The notes under the pieces: generated by a model
What the model saw: only the letters and a program-made list of their open reading frames with translations
Told to the model about the DNA's origin: nothing
The model's database searches: none
Made by a program: the position numbers and the translations under genes
DNA from: Candidatus Pelagibacteraceae bacterium
GTDB taxonomy: Bacteria > Pseudomonadota > Alphaproteobacteria > Pelagibacterales > Pelagibacteraceae
NCBI GenBank assembly: GCA_965655605.1
Contig: CBFHHD010000001.1
Location: 1 to 43,080, forward strand
DNA: 43,080 nt
Reading direction: 5' to 3'
Shown here: positions 26,091-35,587 of the stretch, piece after piece
Numbering within the stretch: position 1 is the first letter of the stretch
Layout: the number at the start of each line of letters is the position of its first letter

Positions 26091-26861
26091 TTAGAAATTA
26101 TCCTTTAATTCCCTAAGTTTTTCAAAGATTTTTGATGGCTCGGAGCCCTTCATGTTTAGATTAGAAGAAATGATATTATTATCACATCTAAAAAAAATAT
26201 TTGTCCTCTTTTCTAATAAAACGGTAGTCGGAATTGTTGGTAAGTTGTTTTTTCGTAAATTAAAAATTTCTCGCCCCCTTTCTATTAAATCATTATTTTC
26301 TGGGTCATAATGTTTACAAAATTTTAAATTATTTTCAGTATATTCATGACCACAGTAAATTTTCGTAAGATCTGGAAGAGACTTAATTTTTGTTACAGAA
26401 GAATACATTTCTTCAGCTGTACCTTCAAAAATTCTTCCACAACCTAAACTAAAAACAATATCACCAACAAATGCAAGTAGGTTTTTTTTAAAGAAGTAAA
26501 ATATATGTCCGCTTGTATGACCGGGACCAGTGTTGAGTTCAATTTCCTCGTTCTCAAAATTAAATATTTCTTTATCATTTAGCTTTATATCTATGCCAGG
26601 TATCCTGTCTGCATCATTTTTATGACCTACAATCTTGCAATTATATTTTTTTTTAAGTTCTACGTTACCACCAACATGATCGGTGTGATGATGAGTAATT
26701 AAAATATATTCTAACTCAAGGTTCAGTTTTTCTATTTCTTCTACAATAGGTTTAGCTTCAGCGGGATCTATAACAATTGATTTTTTTGATTCTGGATTAA
26801 AAATTATGTATGAATAGTTATCTGATAAACATTTAACTAGATTAACCTTTAAATTATTCAT
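26091..26861 (-). CDS. gloB: Hydroxyacylglutathione hydrolase (glyoxalase II)
   Basis: DNYSY, THHHTDHVGG, PGHT.GH, GD..FSLGCGR, CGHEYT. Confidence 0.95.
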   Translation of the reverse strand: MNNLKVNLVKCLSDNYSYIIFNPESKKSIVIDPAEAKPIVEEIEKLNLELEYILITHHHTDHVGGNVELKKKYNCKIVGHKNDADRIPGIDIKLNDKEIFNFENEEIELNTGPGHTSGHIFYFFKKNLLAFVGDIVFSLGCGRIFEGTAEEMYSSVTKIKSLPDLTKIYCGHEYTENNLKFCKHYDPENNDLIERGREIFNLRKNNLPTIPTTVLLEKRTNIFFRCDNNIISSNLNMKGSEPSKIFEKLRELKDNF

Positions 26862-26863
26862 AT

Positions 26864-27460
26864 TTATTTACTAATCATAAAAACACCAACTTCTGATGTG
26901 ATATTCTTTAATTCAAGATTAGAGTGTTTGATGTTGCTAATTTTATTATTTGATACAGAAATAGATTTAATAACTTTAATATTATCTAAATTACATAAAT
27001 TATAAAAATCTTTAATAGAGCTCATATGCAAATTTGGTGTATCGTACCATGCGTATGGTAAACTTTTAGTAATTGGCATAGTTCCAAATAATAATAAATT
27101 TAATCTTATTTTCCAGTAACCAAAATTTGGAATAGAAATAATAGCTTTATCAGCAATTCTTAAAAGTTCATTCAATACTTTTCTTGGTTCATAAAACTGT
27201 TGTATTGCCTGATTCAAGATAGCAGTATCAAATGATTTATTTGGATAATTTATAAGGTCTTTTTCTGCATCACCTTCTATTACTGGCAATCCTTTGCCTA
27301 AACATTCTTGTACATCTTTTTGATTAAGCTCCAAACCTCTTCCATCAACTCTTTTATTTTTTTTTAAATAAAGGAGTAGGCTTCCATCTCCACACCCCAC
27401 ATCTAGAACCCGTGAGTTTATATCAATCAACCCCGCTAATACATCATCATGAATTTTCAC
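26864..27460 (-). CDS. metW: Methionine biosynthesis protein MetW
   Basis: VLDVGCGDG, PNFGYW, WYDTPNLH; overlaps the metX 3' end. Confidence 0.93.
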   Translation of the reverse strand: MKIHDDVLAGLIDINSRVLDVGCGDGSLLLYLKKNKRVDGRGLELNQKDVQECLGKGLPVIEGDAEKDLINYPNKSFDTAILNQAIQQFYEPRKVLNELLRIADKAIISIPNFGYWKIRLNLLLFGTMPITKSLPYAWYDTPNLHMSSIKDFYNLCNLDNIKVIKSISVSNNKISNIKHSNLELKNITSEVGVFMISK

Positions 27461-28583
27461 TTTTGAACTCCTCGTAAGTTGAGTCTAAAAAACCCTTTAA
27501 GGTTTCAAAAAACTCTGGCTCATTTACTAAAAAGGAATCATGGCCATTATTAGTTATAATATTAACAAAGCTTACTTCTGCACCAGTTGAATTAAGTGCA
27601 ATAACTATCTTTTTACTTTCTGCTGTTGTGTACAGCCAATCAGTTGAAAATGATATTACACAAAATTTCACTTTGCTGTTTTTGAATGCCTTTGATAAAT
27701 CACCTTGATTATTTCTATATAAATCAAAGTAATCCATCGCTCTTGTAATATATAAGTATGAATTAGCATCAAATCGATCCACAAAAGCATAGCCTTGATA
27801 TTTAAGATAACTTTCAACCTGAAAGTCAGCATCGAAAGAGAAATTTAAACCTTCGCCCTCCTGTAATTTTCTACCAAATCTATTTTGCAAACCCTGCTCT
27901 GACAAATAACTAATATGACCTGCCATTCTAGCAACAGCTAATCCGTTACGAGGATTTTTTCCAGTTAAAAAATAGTTTCCGTTATCCCAGTTTGGATCTG
28001 CCATAATTGCTTGTCTTGCAAGTTCATTAAATGCAATATTTTGAGCAGAATGACTAGCTGCGCATGCAATTGGAACAGATGAAAAAGTTCTTTCTGGATA
28101 TAGGGAGCAAAATTGTAGAGCCTGCATACCACCCATCGAACCACCTAGAACTGAAAGTGTTTTTTTAATACCCAAGTAATCTAATAAATGAACTTGTGCA
28201 CTGACCATATCTTTGATCGTGATCACCGGAAATTTAAGACCATAAGGAGCACTCGTTTTTGGATCAATTTCCTTAGGACCGGTACTGCCCATACAACCAC
28301 CCAAAACATTGGCACAAATTATAAAATATTTATCAGTATCAATTGTTAGCCCAGGGCCAACAACCATATTCCACCAACCTTCTCTTCCAGTAACTTTATT
28401 AGTACCAGTGACATACTGATCTCCTGATAAGGCATGGAAAACTAAAATTGCGTTTGATTTAGTTTCATCAAGTTTTCCATATGTTTCGTAGGCAATATCA
28501 AATTTATCTAGGGTAACTCCACAGTCTAGATCTAGAGATTTGTTAATAGTGATTTTATTTATTTTACTATAATCGATATTCAT
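27447..28583 (-). CDS. metX: Homoserine O-acyltransferase (MetX family)
   Basis: HALSGD, NVLGGC.GSTGP, GGSMGG nucleophile, RFDANSY, GHDSFL. Confidence 0.95.
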   Translation of the reverse strand: MNIDYSKINKITINKSLDLDCGVTLDKFDIAYETYGKLDETKSNAILVFHALSGDQYVTGTNKVTGREGWWNMVVGPGLTIDTDKYFIICANVLGGCMGSTGPKEIDPKTSAPYGLKFPVITIKDMVSAQVHLLDYLGIKKTLSVLGGSMGGMQALQFCSLYPERTFSSVPIACAASHSAQNIAFNELARQAIMADPNWDNGNYFLTGKNPRNGLAVARMAGHISYLSEQGLQNRFGRKLQEGEGLNFSFDADFQVESYLKYQGYAFVDRFDANSYLYITRAMDYFDLYRNNQGDLSKAFKNSKVKFCVISFSTDWLYTTAESKKIVIALNSTGAEVSFVNIITNNGHDSFLVNEPEFFETLKGFLDSTYEEFKSENS

Positions 28584-28597
28584 TTCTTAAATCGCAA
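28580..28597 (-). CDS. Putative 5-codon upstream mini-ORF (MRFKK) overlapping the metX start
   Basis: Minus strand AAGG-N8-TTG CGA TTT AAG AAA TGA; the TGA overlaps the metX ATG as ATGA. Confidence 0.35.
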   Translation of the reverse strand: MRFKK

Positions 28598-28605
28598 TGC
28601 GACTT

Positions 28606-28650
28606 CCTTTTTAGCTGTTAAAGCCCGCAATTCGGTAAATCGGCGCTGCG
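28606..28650 (-). ncRNA. SAM-II riboswitch
   Basis: Minus strand CGCAGCGCCGATTTACCGAATTGCGGGCTTTAACAGCTAAAAAGG. It has the SAM-II hallmarks GATTT, TTGC and 3' AGCTAAA..GG, with P1 AGC(G)CCG/CGGGCT, and lies upstream of metX. Confidence 0.88.
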
Positions 28651-28652
28651 GA

Positions 28653-28681
28653 TTTGTACTAAAACACCCAATCTTTGTCAA
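28653..28681 (-). promoter_or_regulatory. Putative sigma70 promoter of the metX leader
   Basis: TTGACA-N17-TACAAA; predicted start site falls at the 5' end of the riboswitch. Confidence 0.6.
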
Positions 28682-28732
28682 ACAATGGACTTTTTTTGAT
28701 TGTATCTGAGAAATACTATAAATAATTGCAAT

Positions 28733-29806
28733 ATGAATCTTCCAAAGCCTAAAAAAGTTAATGTTCAGCTCTATACTGGCGGTTTATCAAAACTTAATAA
28801 CTTAGATAATTTGATTAAGCTATCTGCAAATGAGTCGGCTTTAGGACCTTCACCAAAAATACAGGATTTATTAAAATCGAGTATAGATTTAAAAAAATAT
28901 CCTGATGGAAGCAGCAATGAACTAAAAAAAGTGATTTCAAAAAAGTTTCAGGTTTTAGAAGATCAAATTATCATTGGAGCAGGCTCAGATGAAATTATTA
29001 GTTTAGCATGCCAAGCTTATCTCGAAGAAGGAGATGAAGTCATTGTATCTGACAACTCTTTTTTGATGTACAGAATTTATGCTCAATTAAACGGAGCAAA
29101 GGTAAAATTTTCAAGTTTAATTGAAAACACTTTTTCTGTTGAAGAAACTTTAAAGTGTATATCTAAAAAAACAAAAATTGTTTTTATTGCAAATCCAAAT
29201 AATCCCACTGGCACCTATATTGACCATGAACGATTGGTTGAATTAAGAGCAAAGCTGCCAGAGGATATTTTACTTATGGTTGATGATGCATATGCTGAAT
29301 ATGTAACAAATAAAAATTACAAATCCGGATTAGAAATTTTTAAAGACTCAAATAATACAATTGTGAGTAGAACATTTTCTAAGATATATGGTTTAGCAAA
29401 TTTAAGACTAGGCTGGGGCATTGCGTCTAAAGAGATTATTAAATCATTAAACGTATTTAGGCCTCCTTTTAATATATCTGGAATAGCAGAAAAGGCAGGT
29501 TGTATTGCTTTAAATGATGATGATTGGATTGATGAAAACATTAAGCACAATGAAAAATGGTCTAAAATTATTTTCAATAAATTAATTGAAAAAAAAATAT
29601 TGTGTAATGAGCCCGCAGTAAATTTTTTCTTACTAAATTTTAATAAAACAAATTTTACTTCAGATGAAGCCTTTGATTTATTTGCAAAGAATCAAATGTT
29701 GCTGCGTAAAATGAAAGCGTACGACATTTCAAATTCCTTAAGATTTACAATTGGCACTCAAAAAGAAAATGAATTATTTATCAAAGTTTTAGAGGAAAAT
29801 TTTTAA
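28733..29806 (+). CDS. hisC: Histidinol-phosphate aminotransferase
   Basis: KLSANES, GSDE, ANPNNPTG, DDAY.EY, RTFSKIYGLANLRLG (PLP Lys); ATG 28733 preferred over TTG 28700. Confidence 0.93.
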   Translation: MNLPKPKKVNVQLYTGGLSKLNNLDNLIKLSANESALGPSPKIQDLLKSSIDLKKYPDGSSNELKKVISKKFQVLEDQIIIGAGSDEIISLACQAYLEEGDEVIVSDNSFLMYRIYAQLNGAKVKFSSLIENTFSVEETLKCISKKTKIVFIANPNNPTGTYIDHERLVELRAKLPEDILLMVDDAYAEYVTNKNYKSGLEIFKDSNNTIVSRTFSKIYGLANLRLGWGIASKEIIKSLNVFRPPFNISGIAEKAGCIALNDDDWIDENIKHNEKWSKIIFNKLIEKKILCNEPAVNFFLLNFNKTNFTSDEAFDLFAKNQMLLRKMKAYDISNSLRFTIGTQKENELFIKVLEENF

Positions 29807-30672
29807 TGAAAAAAGCTTCAATAATTGGAATAGGTTTGATTGGATCCTCAATCGCGAGAGCTTTAAGGCATTATTATCAAGATATAAACATATTGATAAT
29901 AGATACAAATATTAACCACTTAAAGCAAAGTGAAACATTAAAATTAGGTTCAATATATAAAAACATAATTGATAATGAAATAATAAAATCTGATATGATA
30001 TTTATTTGCTCACCTTTAAGTTCATACAAGGAAATATTAATGCAACTCAATCAATATGATCTTGAGGATACAATAATTACTGATGTTGGTTCAGCAAAAA
30101 TGAAAGTAGTAGAAATTGCTGAAAATAATTTAACTAATAAAATATTTGTACCTGGGCATCCAATAGCAGGTACGGAAAAAAGTGGGCCTGACTTTGGTTT
30201 TAAAGAACTGTTTAATAATAGATGGTTTATCTCTACGAAGTGCAACTTATGTGATGAAAATTCTTTAAATAAAGTCAATTTGATTTGGAAAAAATTTGGA
30301 TCTAATACTCAAATAATGAGTGCGAAAGATCATGATTCTATAATGGCAATTACAAGTCACATCCCTCATTTGATAGCGTATAATATTGTCGGTACCGCTA
30401 ATGAATTAGAAGAAAAAATTAAATCTGAAGTTATAAAATTTAGTGCTAGTGGATTTAGGGATTTTACAAGAATTGCAGCTTCTGACCCAATAATGTGGAG
30501 AGATATTTTAATTAATAATAAAGAAGAAGTTTTATCTTTATTAGAAAAATTTAATTCAGATTTAAAAGAGTTGGAAAAAGCTATCAAAAATGATGATAGT
30601 GATTTTTTGTTTAATAAATTTAAAAGGACAAAAGCTATACGTGAAAGAATTGTTGAGTCTGGACAAGATTGA
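29806..30672 (+). CDS. tyrC: Prephenate/arogenate (cyclohexadienyl) dehydrogenase
   Basis: GIGLIGSS, TDVGS.K, GHPIAGTE.SG, TSHIPH, GFRDFTRIAASDP.MWRDI. Confidence 0.9.
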   Translation: MKKASIIGIGLIGSSIARALRHYYQDINILIIDTNINHLKQSETLKLGSIYKNIIDNEIIKSDMIFICSPLSSYKEILMQLNQYDLEDTIITDVGSAKMKVVEIAENNLTNKIFVPGHPIAGTEKSGPDFGFKELFNNRWFISTKCNLCDENSLNKVNLIWKKFGSNTQIMSAKDHDSIMAITSHIPHLIAYNIVGTANELEEKIKSEVIKFSASGFRDFTRIAASDPIMWRDILINNKEEVLSLLEKFNSDLKELEKAIKNDDSDFLFNKFKRTKAIRERIVESGQD

Positions 30673-31374
30673 TTAATGATAAAAAGCTTTTTCTAAGCTT
30701 TCTATAAATTTATCTGGTGATAAATTAGGTTCAATAATATCTTTAAATATAAAATTCACCTCTCCAGGATACTTAAAAAAACTATTTTTTGGCCAAAATT
30801 TTCCTGTATTTAATTGAACAGGAAGACAAGAAATACCTAATGTTTGGTATATTCTTCTGGCACCTTTTTTGAGAGGGATATTTTCTCCGTAAGGAACACG
30901 AGTTCCTTGGGGAAAAATTATTAAAACCTTACCATTTGCAATATTTTTTTTAATTTGCTCAGAAAAATTTAAATTATCCCTGGTTGTTTTTCCTCTATCA
31001 ATAGGTACGCAACCAAGTTTTTTCAAATAGAGACCAAAAATTGGTATATTCATTAGTTCTTTTTTAAGAACGAAAAAATTATTCGGTACAAGATAATTAT
31101 AAATAAAAGTTTCAAACATTGATTGGTGCGATGATGCAATAAAATATTTATTATTGATGTTCATTTTATCTTTTCCTATAAAATTGGTCTTAGTATTAAA
31201 AATAATTCTACTTAAAAAAATAAAATACCAGCCAAGAAAGTAAGATAATTTCCTAACGTATTTTGACGGCAAAGTTAGAATTGGCATACCAATTAAACAG
31301 GTTATAATAATTCCAAAATATAAAAAAATATTAAAAATTAAAGATCTTATAAAGTTCACACTAAATAATTTCAC
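30673..31374 (-). CDS. plsC: 1-acyl-sn-glycerol-3-phosphate acyltransferase family
   Basis: HQSMFE (HxxxxD/E), KKEL..IPIFG, IDR, IFPQGTR. Confidence 0.85.
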   Translation of the reverse strand: MKLFSVNFIRSLIFNIFLYFGIIITCLIGMPILTLPSKYVRKLSYFLGWYFIFLSRIIFNTKTNFIGKDKMNINNKYFIASSHQSMFETFIYNYLVPNNFFVLKKELMNIPIFGLYLKKLGCVPIDRGKTTRDNLNFSEQIKKNIANGKVLIIFPQGTRVPYGENIPLKKGARRIYQTLGISCLPVQLNTGKFWPKNSFFKYPGEVNFIFKDIIEPNLSPDKFIESLEKAFYH

Positions 31375-32593
31375 TCAAAGATTGTCTTTTTCGCGCTATT
31401 TTAATTTGTTTTTTTTCTAAAATAATTTCTTCTATCAAAGGACGCATATTATAATTAGAGCTTAATGTTCTTCCATAAGCCCCGCAGTTTGTAATACAAA
31501 CATAGTCACCTTCATTTAATTTTGGGTATTGTTTATAAACACCAAAAGTATCACTACTTTCACAAATTGGACCCACAAACTCAATTTTTTTTCTTAATTT
31601 ACCGGAACTTTTTTTAATTGGTAAAATTTCATGAAACGCCTCATATATTGCGGAGCGTGCCATATCATTCATTCCTGTATCCATAATAGCAAAGTAACGA
31701 TCATTGGTTTCTTTTAAATAGATTATTTTTGAAACAATAATTCCAGTATTTGCTATTAAATATCTACCAATTTCAAAAATAATATTTACCTCTTGTTTTT
31801 TGTAGAACTTGTGAACTAAATTAGAAAATTCTGATATTTTAAATTTTTTGTCATTTCTAAAATATGGAATGCCCATACCACCACCAAGATCAATAAACTT
31901 TATACTGTGATTATCTTTTTTTAATTTTTTTAAAATATCACTCAAGGTTTTTAGAACTTTTTTATATGGTGTAATATCTTTAATCTGACTTCCGATATGA
32001 ACACTTAGTAATTGTATATTGATATTTTTATAAGTATTTTGGTTTTTTATTATTCTGAAAAAATCATTTATTCCAATCCCAAACTTATTAACTTTATCAC
32101 CAGTTGTAATTTTCTTATTTGTTTTTGCTTTTATATTTGGGTTTAGACGAATACCTATATTAACAATTTTATTGTACTTTTTGGCTATATGATCGATCTG
32201 ATCAATTTCATTTTTTGACTCAGTATTTATTGATAAAATATTTTTTTTAATTGCATATACTAATTCATCCGAAGTTTTACCTACTCCTGAAAATACAATT
32301 TTGCGTGATGAGAAACCTGCCTTCATCGCAAGTTGTAATTCACCTATTGAAACAACATCTGCTCCCAAGCCTAGTTTAGCTAAGTATTTAAGTATTTCTA
32401 GGTTGGAGTTGGATTTTACTGCGAAACAAATTAATGGTTTTGACGATTTAAGTTTAGTTTTTAAATTTGTAACATTCTTTTTAATTTGATCTTTGGAGTA
32501 TAAATAAAAAGGTGTCTGTTTCTTACTTGCAATTTTATTTAGCGAAATATTGTTGGCAAATAACTCATTTTTTTTAAATTTAACAAAATCCAT
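31361..32593 (-). CDS. lysA: Diaminopimelate decarboxylase
   Basis: FAVKSN (PLP Lys), DVVS.GE, HIGSQ, DLGGG, GPICESSD, GAYG..LSSNYN. Confidence 0.95.
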   Translation of the reverse strand: MDFVKFKKNELFANNISLNKIASKKQTPFYLYSKDQIKKNVTNLKTKLKSSKPLICFAVKSNSNLEILKYLAKLGLGADVVSIGELQLAMKAGFSSRKIVFSGVGKTSDELVYAIKKNILSINTESKNEIDQIDHIAKKYNKIVNIGIRLNPNIKAKTNKKITTGDKVNKFGIGINDFFRIIKNQNTYKNINIQLLSVHIGSQIKDITPYKKVLKTLSDILKKLKKDNHSIKFIDLGGGMGIPYFRNDKKFKISEFSNLVHKFYKKQEVNIIFEIGRYLIANTGIIVSKIIYLKETNDRYFAIMDTGMNDMARSAIYEAFHEILPIKKSSGKLRKKIEFVGPICESSDTFGVYKQYPKLNEGDYVCITNCGAYGRTLSSNYNMRPLIEEIILEKKQIKIARKRQSLSEII

Positions 32594-32715
32594 TAAACTA
32601 AAGACTTTATTATTTTTATACTCGTCTTTTTTTCTTGATAAACTGGAGGTCCCTTTTTACCACAGGCAGCAAGCGCAAATAATGCAATCAATGTAATTAT
32701 TATACTATTCTTCAT
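32593..32715 (-). CDS. lptM: Small lipoprotein LptM/YifL family (40 aa)
   Basis: Own translation MKNSIIITLIALFALAACGKKGPPVYQEKKTSIKIIKSLV*; lipobox LAAC plus CGxKGP motif; fills the argH-lysA gap exactly. Below the ORF-track size cutoff. Confidence 0.85.
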   Translation of the reverse strand: MKNSIIITLIALFALAACGKKGPPVYQEKKTSIKIIKSLV

Positions 32716-34101
32716 TTAAAATTCCTTTTTAAGCTTGTTAATCATTTTAATAACATTTTTTGGAGAAGTTCCACCATAAGATACTTTTGAATTTACAGAA
32801 TTCTTAATGGAAAGCACTTTCAGCACATCTTCTTTTATAGAGATATCAATTTTTTTTATATCCTGAAAAGATAATTGATCTAGAGGTAAACCTTTTTTTT
32901 CAGCAATATTTACAAGTTGTGCAGATTTTTCATGAGCATTTCTAAAGCTCATTCCTTTTTTAACTAAGTAGTCTGCAAAATCTGTAGCAGTGGTATAACC
33001 CTCATTTGCATACTTCATCATTATATCTTTGTTTGGTGCTATACTATCTACTAACTCTCTTGCTATTTGTAAGTTGAGTTTTAAAATATCATAAGTTTCA
33101 AATACTGGCTTCTTGTCTTCTTGCATATCTTTGGAATAAGAAAGCGGCAATCCTTTCATGGTAACTAAAAGGGAATTCAGATTTCCAAAAATAGAACCAG
33201 ATTTTCCTCTTAATAATTCTGCACCATCTGGGTTCTTTTTCTGAGGCATAATTGAAGACCCGGTAAGCATTTTGTCATTAATATTTATCATATTAACAAT
33301 ATCAGAATTCCACAAAATAATCTCCTCAGCTAATCTTGAAAGGTGTACAGAACATAGGCTTGAAACAAATAAAAATTCAAGCGCATAATCTCTATCAGAA
33401 ACGCCATCAATTGAATTGTCAGTTGGTTTTTTAAAACCCAGTAATTTAGATGTCAGATGTCTATCAATATTAAAACTTGTTCCAGCTAAAGCAGCAGAAC
33501 CCAAAGGGTTTTCATTTGAATTTTCTATAACATTTATAAATTTTTTATAATCTCTTTTAAACATTTCAACATAGGCCAACAAATAGTGCGAAAACAAAAC
33601 AGGTTGAGCATTTTTCAGGTGAGTAAAACCTGGCATTATTACTTTTATGTTTTTAGTCGCAATTTTCAATAATGATTTATTTAACTTTTTAATTTCATAT
33701 CCAAGGTCTTTTGAAGCATTTATAATCCAAAGTTTAAAATCTGTTGTTACTTGATCATTTCTAGATCTTGCAATATGTAAAAATCCAGCCTCATAACCAA
33801 TTATTTCAAATAATCTTTTTTCAATATTTAAATGAATATCTTCCTGATCTTTACTAAAGTTAAACTTTTTAGAATTAATTTCTTTTTTAATTTTTTCTAA
33901 CCCAACAATAATTTTTTTTGATATTGAATTTGTAATTATTTTTTTTTTTGCAAGCATTTTACAGTGAGCAATTGAACCATTAATATCTTGTTGGTATAAC
34001 TTTTTGTCTATTTCAATAGATGCATTTATTTCTGTTAGAAGCTTAGAAGGTCTTAGCTTCATTCTTTTACCCCAAACTTTATTTGCTTTAGTTTTGTTCA
34101 T
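32716..34101 (-). CDS. argH: Argininosuccinate lyase
   Basis: EDIH, ARSRNDQV, PGFTHL, GSSIMPQKKNPD, YSKDMQEDK. Confidence 0.97.
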   Translation of the reverse strand: MNKTKANKVWGKRMKLRPSKLLTEINASIEIDKKLYQQDINGSIAHCKMLAKKKIITNSISKKIIVGLEKIKKEINSKKFNFSKDQEDIHLNIEKRLFEIIGYEAGFLHIARSRNDQVTTDFKLWIINASKDLGYEIKKLNKSLLKIATKNIKVIMPGFTHLKNAQPVLFSHYLLAYVEMFKRDYKKFINVIENSNENPLGSAALAGTSFNIDRHLTSKLLGFKKPTDNSIDGVSDRDYALEFLFVSSLCSVHLSRLAEEIILWNSDIVNMININDKMLTGSSIMPQKKNPDGAELLRGKSGSIFGNLNSLLVTMKGLPLSYSKDMQEDKKPVFETYDILKLNLQIARELVDSIAPNKDIMMKYANEGYTTATDFADYLVKKGMSFRNAHEKSAQLVNIAEKKGLPLDQLSFQDIKKIDISIKEDVLKVLSIKNSVNSKVSYGGTSPKNVIKMINKLKKEF

Positions 34102-34121
34102 TTTAATTTATTATAATATTT

Positions 34122-34652
34122 ATGTTTCGTATTTTGTTATTTACAAAATTATCTCTTTTAATATTTATTACTAATATTGCTTATTCTCAACCAAATATAA
34201 ATAAAACATTTACCAATTTAATTCTTCACAAATCTCCAAGAGATTTGCCAATTTTGCAAATAGAAAATAAAGATAAAAAAATCGAGGTTTTAAGTGATTT
34301 TTCGTCAAAAGTTACTTTGATAAATTTTTGGGCAACATGGTGTGCCCCATGCAAAAAAGAAATGCCCAAACTAGATAGATTGGTAAAGAATGTTGGAAGT
34401 AAACAATTAAAAGTATTGGCTATTAATATAGAAAATAAAAATTATGAAGATATCAAAAAGTTTTTAGATGATTTAAAAATTAAAAACTTTGACTCTGTCT
34501 TTGATAGAAAATTAAAAATTGTAAAAAGTTTGCAATTAAGAGGAATACCTGTGACTCTAGTAGTTAACAACAATGGCAAAGAAATTGCTAGGATTTTGGG
34601 CGATTTAGACTTTGAGCAAAAAGAGTTTGTAGATTGGGTAAAATCTTTTTAG
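34122..34652 (+). CDS. tlpA: TlpA-family thiol:disulfide interchange protein
   Basis: N-terminal hydrophobic anchor, INFWATWCAPCKKEMP, RGIPVT; divergent from argH. Confidence 0.85.
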   Translation: MFRILLFTKLSLLIFITNIAYSQPNINKTFTNLILHKSPRDLPILQIENKDKKIEVLSDFSSKVTLINFWATWCAPCKKEMPKLDRLVKNVGSKQLKVLAINIENKNYEDIKKFLDDLKIKNFDSVFDRKLKIVKSLQLRGIPVTLVVNNNGKEIARILGDLDFEQKEFVDWVKSF

Positions 34653-34856
34653 TTATTTTCCAGTTATATAGGCCAAAGACATTAAAATTACTATTGCGCA
34701 GAACTGCAACATCACACGCATTTGCATGAGCTTGTTACTTTTCTTTTTGCTATTAATGTCACCACCTTTAAAAAAAGTTTTTAAACCTCTAATAAGGACC
34801 ACAGCAACTGCAATCATAGCTAAAATTGCAATAAATTTTAAAGTATTTTCAGTCAT
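34653..34856 (-). CDS. HIG1-family twin transmembrane helix small protein
   Basis: Two hydrophobic helices, VL..GL, SNKLMQMRVMLQ motif. Confidence 0.85.
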   Translation of the reverse strand: MTENTLKFIAILAMIAVAVVLIRGLKTFFKGGDINSKKKSNKLMQMRVMLQFCAIVILMSLAYITGK

Positions 34857-34898
34857 TTGATTGTACTAACATAAATTAATATTAAGTATAATAATAAA

Positions 34899-35540
34899 AT
34901 GTCTTTAAAAGTTTTAGAACTTAAAAATAACTCTGATAAATGTCGAAAGCTTGTTTATATTTTACATGGATACGGTGCCGATGGAAATGATCTCATATCA
35001 TTGGCATCACATTGGCAACGTTTTTTACCAAACTTTTACTTTTGTGCGCCTAACGCACCAAATATTTGTCAGGTAAATTCAGGAGGATTTGAATGGTTTG
35101 ATTTAATGCAAACTGATCAAAATAAAATAAAGCAAGAAACATTAATTTCCCTAGATATGTTAAAAATATCAATTGATGAAAAATTATCTAATTTAGGCTT
35201 AAGTAATAACGATTTAATAATAATAGGATTTTCACAAGGCACCATGATGGGTATTCAATATGCTGCAAGTCAAGAAAAACCTATAAATGGCGTTCTTGGG
35301 TATTCTGGAAGAATCTATGATCAAAAGTTATTTTTAGAAAAAGCTGTATCAAGTACAAAAATAAAATTATTGCACGGCAATAGTGATGAAATTGTTCCAG
35401 TAGAGGAAATGTACAAAACAGTTGAGTTTTTAAAAAAACAAAACTTTAATGTTGATTATAAGGTTTATCAGGGTTTGGGACATTCCATATCTCCTGAAGG
35501 ATTAAGTGACGGTTTAAATTTTATAAAAGATTTAAATTAA
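34899..35540 (+). CDS. Phospholipase/carboxylesterase (alpha/beta hydrolase)
   Basis: LHGYGADG, GFSQG nucleophile, HG.SDEIVP, GHSI. Confidence 0.9.
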   Translation: MSLKVLELKNNSDKCRKLVYILHGYGADGNDLISLASHWQRFLPNFYFCAPNAPNICQVNSGGFEWFDLMQTDQNKIKQETLISLDMLKISIDEKLSNLGLSNNDLIIIGFSQGTMMGIQYAASQEKPINGVLGYSGRIYDQKLFLEKAVSSTKIKLLHGNSDEIVPVEEMYKTVEFLKKQNFNVDYKVYQGLGHSISPEGLSDGLNFIKDLN

Positions 35541-35552
35541 TAAAACTTTAAC

Positions 35553-35581
35553 TTGATCAACTTTATAAATATGTCTATCTT
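35553..35581 (+). promoter_or_regulatory. Putative promoter giving a leaderless HNH mRNA
   Basis: TTGATC-N17-TATCTT, then 6 nt, then ATG 35588; no SD. Confidence 0.5.
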
Positions 35582-35587
35582 GTTCAA

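Noticed and set aside
33939-33949. A11 homopolymer in argH (and A9 runs in priA, nadD) as phase-variation tracts
   Set aside because: In-frame Lys codons in housekeeping genes of an AT-rich genome; frames are intact.
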